Positions 1 to 10,384 of a DNA stretch of 64,000 nt are shown piece by piece. The position numbers and the translations under genes were made by a program. The DNA comes from Actinomycetota bacterium (lineage in GTDB: Bacteria; Actinomycetota; CADDZG01; WHSQ01), in NCBI GenBank assembly GCA_034665745.1, contig JAXDJJ010000035.1, positions 16,083 to 80,082 on the forward strand, in the 5' to 3' direction. Every line of letters starts with the position of its first letter. The stretch's first letter is position 1. The notes beneath the pieces were generated by a model. That model was given only the letters and a program-made list of their open reading frames with translations. It searched no databases and was not told the origin of the DNA.

Positions 1-1850
1 ACCGCGACCCCGAGTTCCTCCTGCTAGCCGGAGCGGTCCTTCTCGGTGAATTCGTTCGCATCCGCATATTCCATGGCCGCGAGACCGTGATGGTCACTGT
101 GGGCGATCCCTTCACCTTGGCGATCCTCTTCACGTTCGGTCTTGGGCCTGCGTTGCTGGCGAAAGTCGTTGCGACCGTCATCGAAGACGTCTATCGCCGT
201 CAGGTGTGGTGGAAGCTCCTATTCAACGTCGCTCAGTTCTCGATGTCGTTGGGGGCCGCATACGGGATCCTGATGTACGTCACGGACTTCCCCGGGGCCC
301 GCGGGATCACGGAACCTGCCACCCTTGGCGGGGTCCTGCTCTCATCGTTCATCTACTTCAGCGTGAACATGATCCTGGTAACCACAGCGATCGCGATCGC
401 TACCGATCAGTCGCCTCTGTTCGCCATCCGAAGTGGACTGAAATCGCGCGTTATCAACCAGGGCGTACTCGTTGGGTTCGCACCCATCGTCGTCGCAGCC
501 CTGGATCAGTCGCTGGTCCTCTTCCCGTTGATGCTGATCCCCGTGATCGTGGTCTACCGGAGCGGGATGATCAGTCACCGGCATGTGCAGATGGCTCAAC
601 AACTCACGGAGCTGTACGAGACGACCCGTATGACGAATGCTCAGGTAGGAACACGTGAGTCGGTGAAAGAACTGCTGGAACGGGTCTGCAACATGTTCAG
701 TGCGACGGGTGCCTCCATCGTGTTCTTCGCTCGTGAGGGCGAAGAGTTCCCTAGCGAAACTTCGATCGACCTCGACCGCAACACGTTCGCATACATGCAA
801 CCAACGACTCTCAACCCGACCAAGGGGATCTGGGCGCGAGCCGCGGCCGAGAGCAAGGCCCTGATGCTGGCGAGTCCGATCGACAACAAGAACCTGCAAG
901 CCCACTACGCCTCGATGGGGATCAAGGACGTGATGGTCGCCCCGATGGTCGTAGAAGAGCAGGTCACGGGAGTTATCCGAGTCTTCAACCGACAAGGTGT
1001 CTCCCAGACGTTCACTTCAGAAGACTTGAGATTGTTCGAAACCCTCGCCAACCACGCGAGCATCGCGATGGAGAACGCTCGGTTGATCACCCAGCTCGAA
1101 GACTCCCTTGCCCACCTCACCGAGATGAACCAGCTCAAAGACGATTTCGTCGCCTCCGTGTCGCACGAGCTGCGAACTCCACTGACCTCGATCCGCGGCT
1201 ACGTCAAGACGATGCTTAGGCCCGATGTCGAGTTCGATGCGGCAGACACCAAGTCGTTCCTAGAGACGATCGATCGCCAGAGCAATCGCCTACATCGATT
1301 GATCGAGGACCTCCTGGCGGTCTCTCGGATCGAATCCGAAACCGATTCCAGCACCCTGACGATGTTGTCATTGAAGCCCCTCGCCGAGGAGGTTGCGGAC
1401 GAACTCCGAACCAAGGCCGGAGCGCACACCATCGAGGTCACGATCAGCGACGACCTCCCATCCGTCCACTCCGACGCAGGCAAGGTTCATCAGATCGTGA
1501 GCAACCTCGTAGACAACGCGTTGAAGTACAGCCCGGACGGTGGGACCGTGTCCGTTGGAGCGGTGCCCTCGGGCGGAGGCGTGACGATCTCGGTATCCGA
1601 CGAAGGACCGGGCGTGCCCGCGGATCTGCGTGACAAGATCTTCGACCGCTTCTACCAGGTCGACCAATCGGCCACCCGTCAGGTAGGCGGCGCGGGCTTG
1701 GGTCTCTACATCTCTCGGCGGATGGCAGAGGCGATCGGGGGCCGCGTCTGGTTGGAGAAGTCGGATGAGGAAGGCTCCACCTTCAGCCTGTGGATCCCGT
1801 TGAGCATCGGGCTGCCCCTGAAGCACACAGAGATGACTCCGTTTAGCTGA
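1..1850 (+). CDS. Membrane sensor histidine kinase (polytopic N-terminal domain, GAF-like, HisKA, HATPase_c); probably 5'-truncated by the window edge
   Basis: ORF track gives 87..1850. The same frame stays open back to nt 3 with hydrophobic, GC3-rich codons, so the gene likely starts left of the window. H-box [14 protein letters not shown]; ATPase boxes [24 protein letters not shown]. Confidence 0.85.
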   Translation, partial: RDPEFLLLAGAVLLGEFVRIRIFHGRETVMVTVGDPFTLAILFTFGLGPALLAKVVATVIEDVYRRQVWWKLLFNVAQFSMSLGAAYGILMYVTDFPGARGITEPATLGGVLLSSFIYFSVNMILVTTAIAIATDQSPLFAIRSGLKSRVINQGVLVGFAPIVVAALDQSLVLFPLMLIPVIVVYRSGMISHRHVQMAQQLTELYETTRMTNAQVGTRESVKELLERVCNMFSATGASIVFFAREGEEFPSETSIDLDRNTFAYMQPTTLNPTKGIWARAAAESKALMLASPIDNKNLQAHYASMGIKDVMVAPMVVEEQVTGVIRVFNRQGVSQTFTSEDLRLFETLANHASIAMENARLITQLEDSLAHLTEMNQLKDDFVASVSHELRTPLTSIRGYVKTMLRPDVEFDAADTKSFLETIDRQSNRLHRLIEDLLAVSRIESETDSSTLTMLSLKPLAEEVADELRTKAGAHTIEVTISDDLPSVHSDAGKVHQIVSNLVDNALKYSPDGGTVSVGAVPSGGGVTISVSDEGPGVPADLRDKIFDRFYQVDQSATRQVGGAGLGLYISRRMAEAIGGRVWLEKSDEEGSTFSLWIPLSIGLPLKHTEMTPFS

Positions 1851-3843
1851 CGTCCCTTAGCTCACGCTTCAGATCCGCTATCTCGTCCCGGATACGCGCC
1901 GCGTACTCGAACCGCAGGTCTTCCGCGGCTTGATGCATCTCCTCCTCGAGCTGTAGGACTAGGCGTTTCAGCTCGTCGGGGCTTCCACCGATCGGTTCCC
2001 TCCGCCTGCTCTTCGACTTGGATGGAACGTGACCGTCCTTCTTCCGCCCGAAGCCCGAGATCAGGATGTCGTTCACTGCCTTCCTGATGGACTGGGGATC
2101 GATCCCGTGTTCCTCGTTGTACGCGCTCTGGATCATCCGCCTTCGTTGCGTCTCATTGATCGCGAATCGCATCGAGTCCGTGACCTCGTCGGCGTACATC
2201 ACCACCTGGCCTTCGACGTGGCGCGCTGCCCGCCCGATCGTCTGGATCAATGAGGTTTGCGAACGGAGGAAACCTTCCTTGTCGGCATCGAGGATCGCGA
2301 CCATCGATACCTCTGGGAGGTCCAGGCCTTCGCGCAACAGGTTGATGCCGACAAGAACATCGAATTCTCCAAGCCGGAGGTCTCTCAGGATCTCCATGCG
2401 TTCGACCGTGTCGATATCCGAGTGGAGATAACGGACTCGGATCCCGGACTCGAGCAGATAGTCCGTGAGGTCTTCAGCCATCTTCTTCGTCAAGGTCGTC
2501 ACCAGTACCCGCTGATCGGCTTCGGTGCGCTTCCGGATCTCCTCCATGAGGTCGTCGATCTGGCCCTTCGTTGGCTTGATCACAACCTCGGGATCGATCA
2601 AGCCCGTCGGACGAACGAGTTGCTCGACCGGCTTACCGCCCTCGCGGATCTCGAACGAGCCGGGGGTCGCGCTCATCATCACGACCTGGTTGACGCGCTC
2701 CAAGAATTCGTCGAAACGCAGGGGCCTGTTGTCGAGTGCGCTCGGCAGCCTGAACCCATGCTCGACAAGGGTCTTCTTCCTGCTCATGTCACCCTCGTAC
2801 ATGCCGCCGATCTGCGGCACCGTTACGTGCGACTCGTCGATCACGATCAAGAAGTCGTCGGGGAAGTAGTCGAGCAAGGTGTTTGGGCGCGAGCCGGGTT
2901 CCCGGCCCTCGATATGGCGGGAGTAGTTCTCGATCCCGGAGCAGAACCCGACCTCACGCATCATCTCGAGGTCATAGTTGGTACGCATCCGCAGGCGTTG
3001 GGCCTCGAGCAGCTTCCGCTGGTTCTCCAGGACCGTTAGCCGATCTGCAAGCTCAGCCTCGATCTGGACGATCGCTCGCTCCATCCTTGCTTTCGAAGCG
3101 ACGTAGTGAGATGCCGGATAGATCGTCGTGTGGTCGAGCTCGCGGATGATCTCGCCCGTTAGGGGGTCGAGTTGGATGATGCGATCCACCGTGTCCCCGA
3201 ACAGCTCCACACGGATCGCGGTCTCCTCGTAGGCAGGGAAGATCTCGATCGTGTCCCCGCGCACCCGGAACTTGCCGCGGATGAAGGTCATGTCGTTGCG
3301 CTCGTACTGGATATCGACGAGTCGCTGGGTGATGAAATCGCGATCGGCGGTCCCCCCACGAGCCACGGAGACCACTTGTTGCAGGTACTCGTCAGGCGAC
3401 CCCAGGCCGAAGATGCACGAGACCGAGGCGACGATCAATACATCGTTCCGCTGCAGCAAGGCACTCGTAGCCGAGTGCCGCAAGCGCTCGATCTCGTCGT
3501 TGATCGAAGAGTCCTTCTCGATGTAGGTGTCCGACGAGGGGACGTAGGCCTCGGGTTGGTAGTAGTCGTAGTACGAGACGAAGTATTCGACCGCATTCCG
3601 CGGGAAGAACTGCTTGAACTCGTTGCACAGCTGCGCTGCGAGGGACTTGTTCGGGGCGATCACGAGCGTGGGCTTCTGGATCTGCTCGAGGGCCCAGGCC
3701 ATCGTGGCCGTCTTCCCGGTACCCGTAGCCCCTAGAAGGGTGGAGAAACGATCCCCTCGACCGATCTGCTCCGCCAAGGCGCGGATCGCAGCCGGCTGAT
3801 CGCCGGCAGGAGAGAAATCAGACTCGACCTTGAATGGTGGCAT
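1843..3843 (-). CDS. uvrB: Excinuclease ABC subunit B
   Basis: 666 aa. Walker A GATGTGKT, helicase motifs (DESH, MSATPG) and a C-terminal UVR coiled coil ([17 protein letters not shown]). The stop overlaps the convergent kinase by 8 nt. Confidence 0.97.
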   Translation of the reverse strand: MPPFKVESDFSPAGDQPAAIRALAEQIGRGDRFSTLLGATGTGKTATMAWALEQIQKPTLVIAPNKSLAAQLCNEFKQFFPRNAVEYFVSYYDYYQPEAYVPSSDTYIEKDSSINDEIERLRHSATSALLQRNDVLIVASVSCIFGLGSPDEYLQQVVSVARGGTADRDFITQRLVDIQYERNDMTFIRGKFRVRGDTIEIFPAYEETAIRVELFGDTVDRIIQLDPLTGEIIRELDHTTIYPASHYVASKARMERAIVQIEAELADRLTVLENQRKLLEAQRLRMRTNYDLEMMREVGFCSGIENYSRHIEGREPGSRPNTLLDYFPDDFLIVIDESHVTVPQIGGMYEGDMSRKKTLVEHGFRLPSALDNRPLRFDEFLERVNQVVMMSATPGSFEIREGGKPVEQLVRPTGLIDPEVVIKPTKGQIDDLMEEIRKRTEADQRVLVTTLTKKMAEDLTDYLLESGIRVRYLHSDIDTVERMEILRDLRLGEFDVLVGINLLREGLDLPEVSMVAILDADKEGFLRSQTSLIQTIGRAARHVEGQVVMYADEVTDSMRFAINETQRRRMIQSAYNEEHGIDPQSIRKAVNDILISGFGRKKDGHVPSKSKSRRREPIGGSPDELKRLVLQLEEEMHQAAEDLRFEYAARIRDEIADLKRELRDVS

Positions 3844-3893
3844 CGCCCTCAGTTTAAGGAGGGCATGCGACGGGATATTCCCCGGTGTAGCGG

Positions 3894-5642
3894 CTAGCCC
3901 GTCTGGTCTTCAGCTATCGGGACCGTGAAGGAGAACGTCGAGCCCTCGCCCACCTGCGATTCGACCCACAGGCGGCCCCCGTGCGCGTCACATATCGCTT
4001 TCGTGATGAACAGGCCGAGCCCGGTCCCCTTCTTGGTCCACGCAGGTTTCGCGAGCATGGCGAACTTCGAGAAGATGCGGTCCGCGTCGGCGGGGGCGAT
4101 GCCGATGCCCTGGTCGATCACGGAGACCTTCACGACCGGATGATCGTCCTGATCGATGGTCGCTGCCTCCAAACGCACCGCGGTCCCCTCGGGTGAGTAA
4201 CGGGTCGCGTTCGTCAACAGGTTGATGAGGACCTGACGCAAGCGATCCTTGTCCCCCACCACCTTGGGAAGATTCGGCTCCAAGCCAAGTTCGACCTCGT
4301 GTGCGGCGGAGATTGACGTGTGGACCGTGAGGATGTTCTCGATGAGGTCGGTCATGGACATGGGCTCGAACTCGTAACGAAGGTTACCCGTCTCCATACG
4401 GGACACGTCGAGAAGGTCAGAGACCATGTGAGCAAGACGCTGCGTTTCCCTCCGCACGATCCCGATGAACTGCCCGCGCTTCTCGGCTTCCATCGTCTCC
4501 CAGTGCTCGTCCAGCATCTGTCCGAAACCGACCACCGTGGTCATGGGGCCTTTGAGCTCGTGGGCGAGGATCGATACGAAATCCGACTTCGTGCGGTCGG
4601 CCTCTCGAAGCTTGTGCATCAGGGCCCGCTCGCGCTCGCGCGAACGGCTCAGCTCGATGACCGAGCCAACGCGCGCCCCCAGGAGAGAGGTGAATCGGAG
4701 GTCTTCCTCGTCGAACTGTCCGTCCTCGGAGTTGATGACCTCGAGCACGCCTAACGACGTTCGCCCACTCGTCAGCGGCACGACCATGACGTTCTCGATG
4801 CCGAGTCGCTCCCGGAGCCCCGCTCCGATCCAGCCATCGGTCTTGGCGTCGTTCGAAACAAGAGGGGTCGAGGTCCTGAACACGGTGCCGGCAAGGGACG
4901 GCTGATTCAAGGGGAGAACGAGGTCAGCCATCTCGGCCTCATCGATGCCATACGCCGGTGGCTGAGGCTTCAAAGAGTTCGTCTCTTCGTCGTGGAGCAG
5001 AACCATCATCCGTTCGCACTTGATGAGGTCGGTGACGATCCGGACCGACTCACCGATGACGTGCTCGAGGGTGTCCGTCGCCGACAGCAACGTGGTGACC
5101 CGCTGCAAGCCTTCGAGCTCACGGCTGGTGCGATCGAGGTCCGCCTGGCGAGATGCGCCCCGAACGCAGGCTGCTGCTCTGTCTGCCAGCACGCCCAACA
5201 GATTGAGGTCTGTGTCGGTGAACGCCCCCGTCGGAGAGTTGACTGCAGCGAGGACGCCGAGGCGGTCGTCGCCGACGACCATGGGGGCCGCGATCAGTTG
5301 GCGCGCGTCGTAGAACTCGCTCTGGCCCCCGCTCGAGTCCGGGTCGGCCACCACGTCGTGTACGACCTCGGCGCGACCTGAGTGATGGATCCTGCGAACG
5401 ATCCCGGGTTCCCTCATCGAGAACCTCGGCCGTTCCTCGCCGCGACCAACGAAACAGCGCATCTCATCGTTGTCTTCGTCGTAGAGGAACAGAACAGGTC
5501 GGTCGCATGCCACAACGTCGGGGACGGCCGTAAGGATCTCGCCGATAACCGCGATCAGGTCATCGTCCCGCCCGCTCAAGGAAGCGATCCTGTAAAGAGC
5601 CTGCGTCTCGGCGTCCGTTGACCCGTAGGCGTCCATGCTCAC
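3894..5642 (-). CDS. Cytoplasmic sensor histidine kinase with two GAF-like domains
   Basis: 582 aa with no hydrophobic N-terminus. H-box [15 protein letters not shown]; ATPase boxes [27 protein letters not shown]-type overlap with the upstream HAD gene. Confidence 0.9.
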   Translation of the reverse strand: MSMDAYGSTDAETQALYRIASLSGRDDDLIAVIGEILTAVPDVVACDRPVLFLYDEDNDEMRCFVGRGEERPRFSMREPGIVRRIHHSGRAEVVHDVVADPDSSGGQSEFYDARQLIAAPMVVGDDRLGVLAAVNSPTGAFTDTDLNLLGVLADRAAACVRGASRQADLDRTSRELEGLQRVTTLLSATDTLEHVIGESVRIVTDLIKCERMMVLLHDEETNSLKPQPPAYGIDEAEMADLVLPLNQPSLAGTVFRTSTPLVSNDAKTDGWIGAGLRERLGIENVMVVPLTSGRTSLGVLEVINSEDGQFDEEDLRFTSLLGARVGSVIELSRSRERERALMHKLREADRTKSDFVSILAHELKGPMTTVVGFGQMLDEHWETMEAEKRGQFIGIVRRETQRLAHMVSDLLDVSRMETGNLRYEFEPMSMTDLIENILTVHTSISAAHEVELGLEPNLPKVVGDKDRLRQVLINLLTNATRYSPEGTAVRLEAATIDQDDHPVVKVSVIDQGIGIAPADADRIFSKFAMLAKPAWTKKGTGLGLFITKAICDAHGGRLWVESQVGEGSTFSFTVPIAEDQTG

Positions 5643-6346
5643 ATCTCCGATAGAAGTGGGAGCAATTCGCCAAGCTCCCGTATACGAGCGTAGCGCGAGT
5701 CCGGATACCGACCCGCTCGATCGAGCAGCACCGGCGTCATGCCTGCCTGCGTAGCGGGTTCCATGTCCATGGTCGGAGAGTCACCGATGTGGATGCTCTT
5801 CGACGGATCCACTCCCGCTTTGCGGATCGCCAAACGGTAGATCGCAGGATCGGGCTTCTCGATACCTGCGATACCCGAGATGATGGCCGTGTCGAACACG
5901 TGCCCAACCTCCATCTCGATCAGCATCTTCTCGAGCCATGAGTCGAAGTTCGAGATAAGACCCAGGCGATACCCGGCGGTCTCGAGCGCGTCGAACGTCG
6001 GCTTGACATCGTCATACAGACGATAGGACTCGATGCTGGAGAACGTCTCGTACAGAAGCTCGGTCATGGCTTCGTCCTCGATCCCCAACTCCGCCAGGAA
6101 ACGGGTGTATGTGAACGTCCAGAAACGGCGAGATGCCTCCGCTGACAACGTTGGGCCCCCGTCGATGTCCGCCTCATCAAGGAGTTCCACCAGATGAGGA
6201 GCCAGCCTGTCTTGGACGTGGGACACGTCAGAAGGAGTCACCCCATAACCGCGTGCCTGACAGGTTGAAGCGAAGAGCTCGGCGAACGAAGGGTGGGGAT
6301 CGAGGATCGTCCCCCCGGCATCGAAGAAGACCATCTCGATAGTCAT
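5639..6346 (-). CDS. HAD-superfamily hydrolase (subfamily IA-like)
   Basis: Motif I FFDAGGT, ISNFD, and motif IV GDSPTMD. Start moved to ATG 6346 (MTIEMVFFDAGGT), which forms an ATGA overlap with the coaE stop. The ORF-track start is 6373. Confidence 0.85.
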   Translation of the reverse strand: MTIEMVFFDAGGTILDPHPSFAELFASTCQARGYGVTPSDVSHVQDRLAPHLVELLDEADIDGGPTLSAEASRRFWTFTYTRFLAELGIEDEAMTELLYETFSSIESYRLYDDVKPTFDALETAGYRLGLISNFDSWLEKMLIEMEVGHVFDTAIISGIAGIEKPDPAIYRLAIRKAGVDPSKSIHIGDSPTMDMEPATQAGMTPVLLDRAGRYPDSRYARIRELGELLPLLSEM

Positions 6347-6945
6347 GCAAACCTCGCTTCGAGTTCGGCCCACACGCGGTCGGCTTCCTGCACGAGTTGC
6401 TCGAGGGTCCCATCGTTGGTGACCACGATGTCGGCCTTGTCCAGGAGATCTTCGGGGTTAGCTTGAGCTCGCATACGTTCGTCGATCGCATCCGCGGTCA
6501 TCCCGCGGTCCTTCACCAAGCGGGCGCGCCTCACGTCTGTGTCCGTAGCGACGACGATGATGACGTCGAGCGATCCGACGAGTCCCAGCTCGACGATCAG
6601 AGCGGCATCGAGGATCACGATCCGATCGCTGTGGCGGAATGCCTCGAGAGTCTCAGCGATCTTTCGCATGATGACCGGATGCGTGATCGCATTCAGGGCC
6701 GCGAGTTTTCCCTTGTCGGCGAAAACGATCCGAGCGAGAGCCTTGCGGTCGATGTCCATCGATCCGTCGGCAAGCACGTCATTGCCGAACTGATCTACGA
6801 CCTCACGCCACGCGGGCTCGCCCGGCATCAAGGCTTCATGACCGAGCCTGTCGGCATCGATGACCAGGGCGCCACGTTCGGCGAGCAACGCCGCGAAGGT
6901 CGACTTCCCTGTGCCGATCCCCCCGGTAAGACCTACAAGGAGCAA
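6343..6945 (-). CDS. coaE: Dephospho-CoA kinase
   Basis: 200 aa with P-loop GLTGGIGTGKST at the N-terminus. It sits immediately downstream of rpsA, as in other Actinobacteria. Confidence 0.93.
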   Translation of the reverse strand: MLLVGLTGGIGTGKSTFAALLAERGALVIDADRLGHEALMPGEPAWREVVDQFGNDVLADGSMDIDRKALARIVFADKGKLAALNAITHPVIMRKIAETLEAFRHSDRIVILDAALIVELGLVGSLDVIIVVATDTDVRRARLVKDRGMTADAIDERMRAQANPEDLLDKADIVVTNDGTLEQLVQEADRVWAELEARFA

Positions 6946-6969
6946 CGCTGCGCTCCTACCGTCCCTCGG

Positions 6970-8757
6970 TCAGTCCTGACCGCGTTCGCGCTTCAGGTCC
7001 TGAACGATCGACTCGATCGATTCTTCACCGGTTGAGTCCCCCGGGTCGAGGGTCTCGCCGGCAGGGTCGGATGCTTCGGCAACGGGGACCTCTTCGGCAT
7101 CGAGCTCGGCGATCGCTTCACCGGGAGCTGCGCCCTCGTCGGGCTCCTCCTGGTTCAGTTTCTTGTCGAGGTCGCGCTCCTGGGGCTCGTCCGGAAGGAT
7201 GCCCGCTTGCGCCTCGGGAGGCGAGTCCGGCGACATCACCGCGGTGAGTTCGGCCTGCTCCTTCTCCTCTTCGGGGGCCGCAGCTACGGCTTCCTCGACG
7301 GTGGACGCAGCTTCGGGTGCGATCGGCTCATCGAGCAATTCGGGAGCTCCCTCGACGGCTGACGCGAGCTCGCGCTCGGTCTCGGGCCGGACGATCGTGT
7401 CCTCGGTTGCGACTCCGACATTCTCGGACGACTCGCGCGCCTCGAGCTCCATCTCGGCGGCCTCGGGCTCGAGCTCGATGTCGGTGCTCCGAGCACTCGC
7501 TGCCGGCGTACCACCGCCTTCTTCCTCGGGGATAGCGCCGGCGGCTTCGGGCATCGTCTGCTTGCGGGACAGCGAGATGCGGCGACGGTCAAGGTCTATG
7601 TCGATGATCTTGACGTCGACGCGGTCGTGCACGTTGACCTCGTCCTCGGGACGCTCGACGTGGTGTGCTGCGAGCTCAGAGATGTGGACCAGTCCCTCGA
7701 TCGCATCGTCGACCTCGACGAACGCACCGAACGGAACGAGCTTCGTGACCCGGCCCTCGATGATGTCGCCGACCTCATGCTCGCGAGCGAACTGACGCCA
7801 TGGGTCTTCCTGGGTCGCCTTGAGAGATAGAGACACGCGCTCGCGCTCAAGGTCGACATCGAGAACCTCGACCTTGACCTCTTGCCCGACCTCGACGACC
7901 TCGCTCGGGTGGTCGACGTGCTTCCACGACAGCTCGGAGACGTGAACGAGTCCGTCCACTCCCCCAAGGTCCACGAACGCTCCGAAGTTCACGATCGAGG
8001 AGATGACGCCCTCGCGCACCTCGCCCTTGGCGAGTGACGTGAGGAAGTCCTGGCGCTGCTCGGCCTGGCTCTCTTCGAGGAACTTGCGACGAGACAGGAC
8101 CACGTTGTTGCGGTTCTTATCGAGTTCGATGATGCGGCACTCGAGCACCTTGCCGACGTACGGCTGGAGGTCGCGCACGCGACGCATCTCGACCAGCGAG
8201 GCCGGGAGGAATCCACGGAGACCGATGTCGAGGATGAGTCCACCCTTGACGACCTCGATGACCGGGCCCTCGACGATGCCGTCGGCGTTCTTGATCTCTT
8301 CGATCTTGCCCCAGGCCTTCTCGTACTGGGCCCGCTTCTTGGACAAGATGAGGCGACCTTCCTTGTCCTCCTTCTGGAGAACGAGGGCCTCGAGCTCGTC
8401 ACCGAGCGAGACGATCTGGGATGGGTCGACGTCGTTGCGGATAGACAGCTCACGGGATGGGATGACGCCCTCGGACTTGTAGCCGATGTCGAGGAGCACC
8501 TCGTCCTTCTCGATCTTGACGATCGTGCCTTTGACGAGGTCACCCTCGGAGAACGGCTTGATCGTGGCGTCGATGGCGGCCATGAGCTCTTCCATGGTTT
8601 CGCCCACATCGTTCTCGACGATGGTCCCGCCGGCGTAGGTCGTGCCGGAGGTCGAGGGGGCCGTACGGGTGATGGTGCCCCCGTGGCCGTCGGGGAGGGT
8701 CTCTTCGGAGCCTTGAGAAGCAGAGACTTGGGCAGTCTCGTCCTGCGGTGATGCCAT
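6970..8757 (-). CDS. rpsA: 30S ribosomal protein S1 with a long acidic C-terminal extension
   Basis: Four S1 OB-fold repeats (e.g. GDLVKGTIVKI, GPVIEVVKGG, GVISSIVNFGAFVDLGG, GRVTKLVPFGAFVEV). Start chosen at ATG 8757 (MASPQDET), which has AAGGA about 9 nt upstream. The ORF-track GTG at 8790 has no RBS. Confidence 0.93.
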   Translation of the reverse strand: MASPQDETAQVSASQGSEETLPDGHGGTITRTAPSTSGTTYAGGTIVENDVGETMEELMAAIDATIKPFSEGDLVKGTIVKIEKDEVLLDIGYKSEGVIPSRELSIRNDVDPSQIVSLGDELEALVLQKEDKEGRLILSKKRAQYEKAWGKIEEIKNADGIVEGPVIEVVKGGLILDIGLRGFLPASLVEMRRVRDLQPYVGKVLECRIIELDKNRNNVVLSRRKFLEESQAEQRQDFLTSLAKGEVREGVISSIVNFGAFVDLGGVDGLVHVSELSWKHVDHPSEVVEVGQEVKVEVLDVDLERERVSLSLKATQEDPWRQFAREHEVGDIIEGRVTKLVPFGAFVEVDDAIEGLVHISELAAHHVERPEDEVNVHDRVDVKIIDIDLDRRRISLSRKQTMPEAAGAIPEEEGGGTPAASARSTDIELEPEAAEMELEARESSENVGVATEDTIVRPETERELASAVEGAPELLDEPIAPEAASTVEEAVAAAPEEEKEQAELTAVMSPDSPPEAQAGILPDEPQERDLDKKLNQEEPDEGAAPGEAIAELDAEEVPVAEASDPAGETLDPGDSTGEESIESIVQDLKRERGQD

Positions 8758-8842
8758 AGGTAGGTTTCCTTTCCGGACTGATCGCGCCACCGGGATGCCG
8801 GGGCCGCAGGAGTATACGAGGCCTGTAGTAGGCGTGCCATTC

Positions 8843-8921
8843 CTACCGCTCCGGTCGGGGTCGGTCGGACTCCGGCTCCCTGCTCTCGCTACCGCTCCGG
8901 TGCGTGGCGGTCGGACTCCGG
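8843..8921. repeat. Two 33-bp imperfect direct repeats (8843-8875 and 8889-8921, 46-bp period) upstream of rpsA
   Basis: ctaccgctccggtCGGGGTCggtcggactccgg versus ctaccgctccggtGCGTGGCggtcggactccgg. 29 of 33 positions are identical, and all differences fall in the central 7 nt. Confidence 0.7.
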
Positions 8922-8963
8922 AGGGCGCGACGGGGGGCGCCTGGACGGCGCCTCGCCTGCTCG

Positions 8964-9014
8964 CTCAACGCAGATCGCACTAGGCCGACCCATTTCGGAG
9001 CGATCTGCGTTGAG
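8964..9014 (-). terminator. Perfect 15-bp inverted repeat downstream of the cyclase gene; possible U-tract-less terminator
   Basis: ctcaacgcagatcgc (8964-8978) pairs with gcgatctgcgttgag (9000-9014) around a 21-nt loop. It lies 39 nt after the stop of the minus-strand gene ending at 9053. No T-tract follows on either strand. Confidence 0.35.
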
Positions 9015-9052
9015 AGCCTCCTCCGCTCGACCGCCCCGCCCCTGCGCTGTGG

Positions 9053-10384
9053 CTACGTGACGGCGAAGAGCTCCCATCGACCGTCAACGCCCTTCAATTC
9101 CTTCTTGCCGCGCTCTTCGAAGTTGATTCCTGAGCCCGCAACTAACGGGGGCAGGGCTCCGCTTACTAGGATCTCGCCTGGTTGGGCGGCGTCCATCACT
9201 CTTGCGGCTATGTGGACTGCTATGCCGCCTATGTCGGTGCCTCTTAGTTCTATCTCGCCGGTGTGTAGGCCGAAGCGGAGTTGGAGGTTGTGGCGCTGGG
9301 ATTCTTTGCAGATCTTCGTGGCGGCTCGGACGGCTTGGGCCGGGCGGTCGAAGGTTGCGAGGTAACCGTCCCCTAGTTGTTTGACTACGCGGCCCCCGTG
9401 CCACTCGACCTGGCGCGCTACCACCTGGTCGATCTCGTCGAGGAGCTCCTTCCATCGCTGGTCGCCCATCGACAACGCGGTTGGGGTCGAGTCGACGATG
9501 TCTGCGAACAGGAGGGTGGCGAGAACCCGCTCTTCATCTCGTGGCGTGCGAGAGCCGGTGAGGAATTCTTCGACCTCGTCGACCAGAGCCTGGGAATCAC
9601 CGAGGAACGGCATGAAGTCTTCGCCCTCGAGCTCCACGAGTTTCGAGCCTGGGATGTTCTCGTGGAGATAGTGAGCGTTCTCTACGGGGACCGCGATGCT
9701 GTTGGTTCGATGTAAGACGAGGGTCGGAACTTTGATCGAGCTGAGCACCGAGCGAACATCGGTTTCGGCTGCGATGTCGAAGAAGGTCCGGACCGCGTCC
9801 CGACTGACCGAGTTGCGTTGCCACTTCGCCCACCAGGCCTTGAATGGCTCGTCGGTCTGGGCGGTGACCGGGTTGACGATGCCGGCAACGCCTTCCGGGT
9901 CACCCCATGTCTGGACGATGAACTCGATCTCTAGGTCACGTTCATCAGGCTTCTGACCCCACGGGTAATCCTCATGCCACATGCTCGACGCGAAGCTTCC
10001 GTAGAGGATCAGCGCCGTCACTCGATCGGGATGGGTCGCAGCCAGTGTCATCGCGATCGTGCCACCACCGTGGATCCCAACTAGCGCGGCCTTCTCGGAA
10101 CCGGTGGCATCGAGCACTGCCAGCGCGTCATCGAGGCTCTCGTCCAAACCTGCCGGACCGCACATCCGGTCGGACAGACCGCCACCGCGGCGGTCGTAGA
10201 TGATCAGACGACCCAGCGATGCGATCGTCTCGAAGCCTCGTTGAACCGCGGGATATTCGAGCAGTACCTCGAGGTTGGAACCCCACGGAAGCATCAGAAG
10301 GGCATCCCGCTCCCCATCACCCAGGCATGTGTACGCGATGTTGATGTCACCGCTCTTCGCATAGCGGACCGTGAAGTCGTCCAT
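9053..10384 (-). CDS. Alpha/beta-hydrolase-fold domain fused to a class III adenylate/guanylate cyclase domain
   Basis: C-terminal cyclase motifs: LLFADIVDST, GDGYLATF, RFGLHTGE, GIAVHIAARV. The N-terminal roughly 270 aa has an alpha/beta-hydrolase layout. Start moved to ATG 10384 (MDDFTVRY), overlapping the polA stop by 1 nt. Confidence 0.85.
   Translation of the reverse strand: MDDFTVRYAKSGDINIAYTCLGDGERDALLMLPWGSNLEVLLEYPAVQRGFETIASLGRLIIYDRRGGGLSDRMCGPAGLDESLDDALAVLDATGSEKAALVGIHGGGTIAMTLAATHPDRVTALILYGSFASSMWHEDYPWGQKPDERDLEIEFIVQTWGDPEGVAGIVNPVTAQTDEPFKAWWAKWQRNSVSRDAVRTFFDIAAETDVRSVLSSIKVPTLVLHRTNSIAVPVENAHYLHENIPGSKLVELEGEDFMPFLGDSQALVDEVEEFLTGSRTPRDEERVLATLLFADIVDSTPTALSMGDQRWKELLDEIDQVVARQVEWHGGRVVKQLGDGYLATFDRPAQAVRAATKICKESQRHNLQLRFGLHTGEIELRGTDIGGIAVHIAARVMDAAQPGEILVSGALPPLVAGSGINFEERGKKELKGVDGRWELFAVT

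Noticed and set aside
3844-3893. SOS (LexA) box upstream of uvrB.
   Set aside because: No TCGAAC-N4-GTTCGA-like palindrome is present. There is only a short CCCTC/GAGGG hairpin overlapping the RBS.
8843-8921. Possible CRISPR array, suggested by two 33-bp repeats with a short spacer.
   Set aside because: There are only two imperfect copies, the spacer is 13 bp, and there are no cas genes. It does not fit a CRISPR array.
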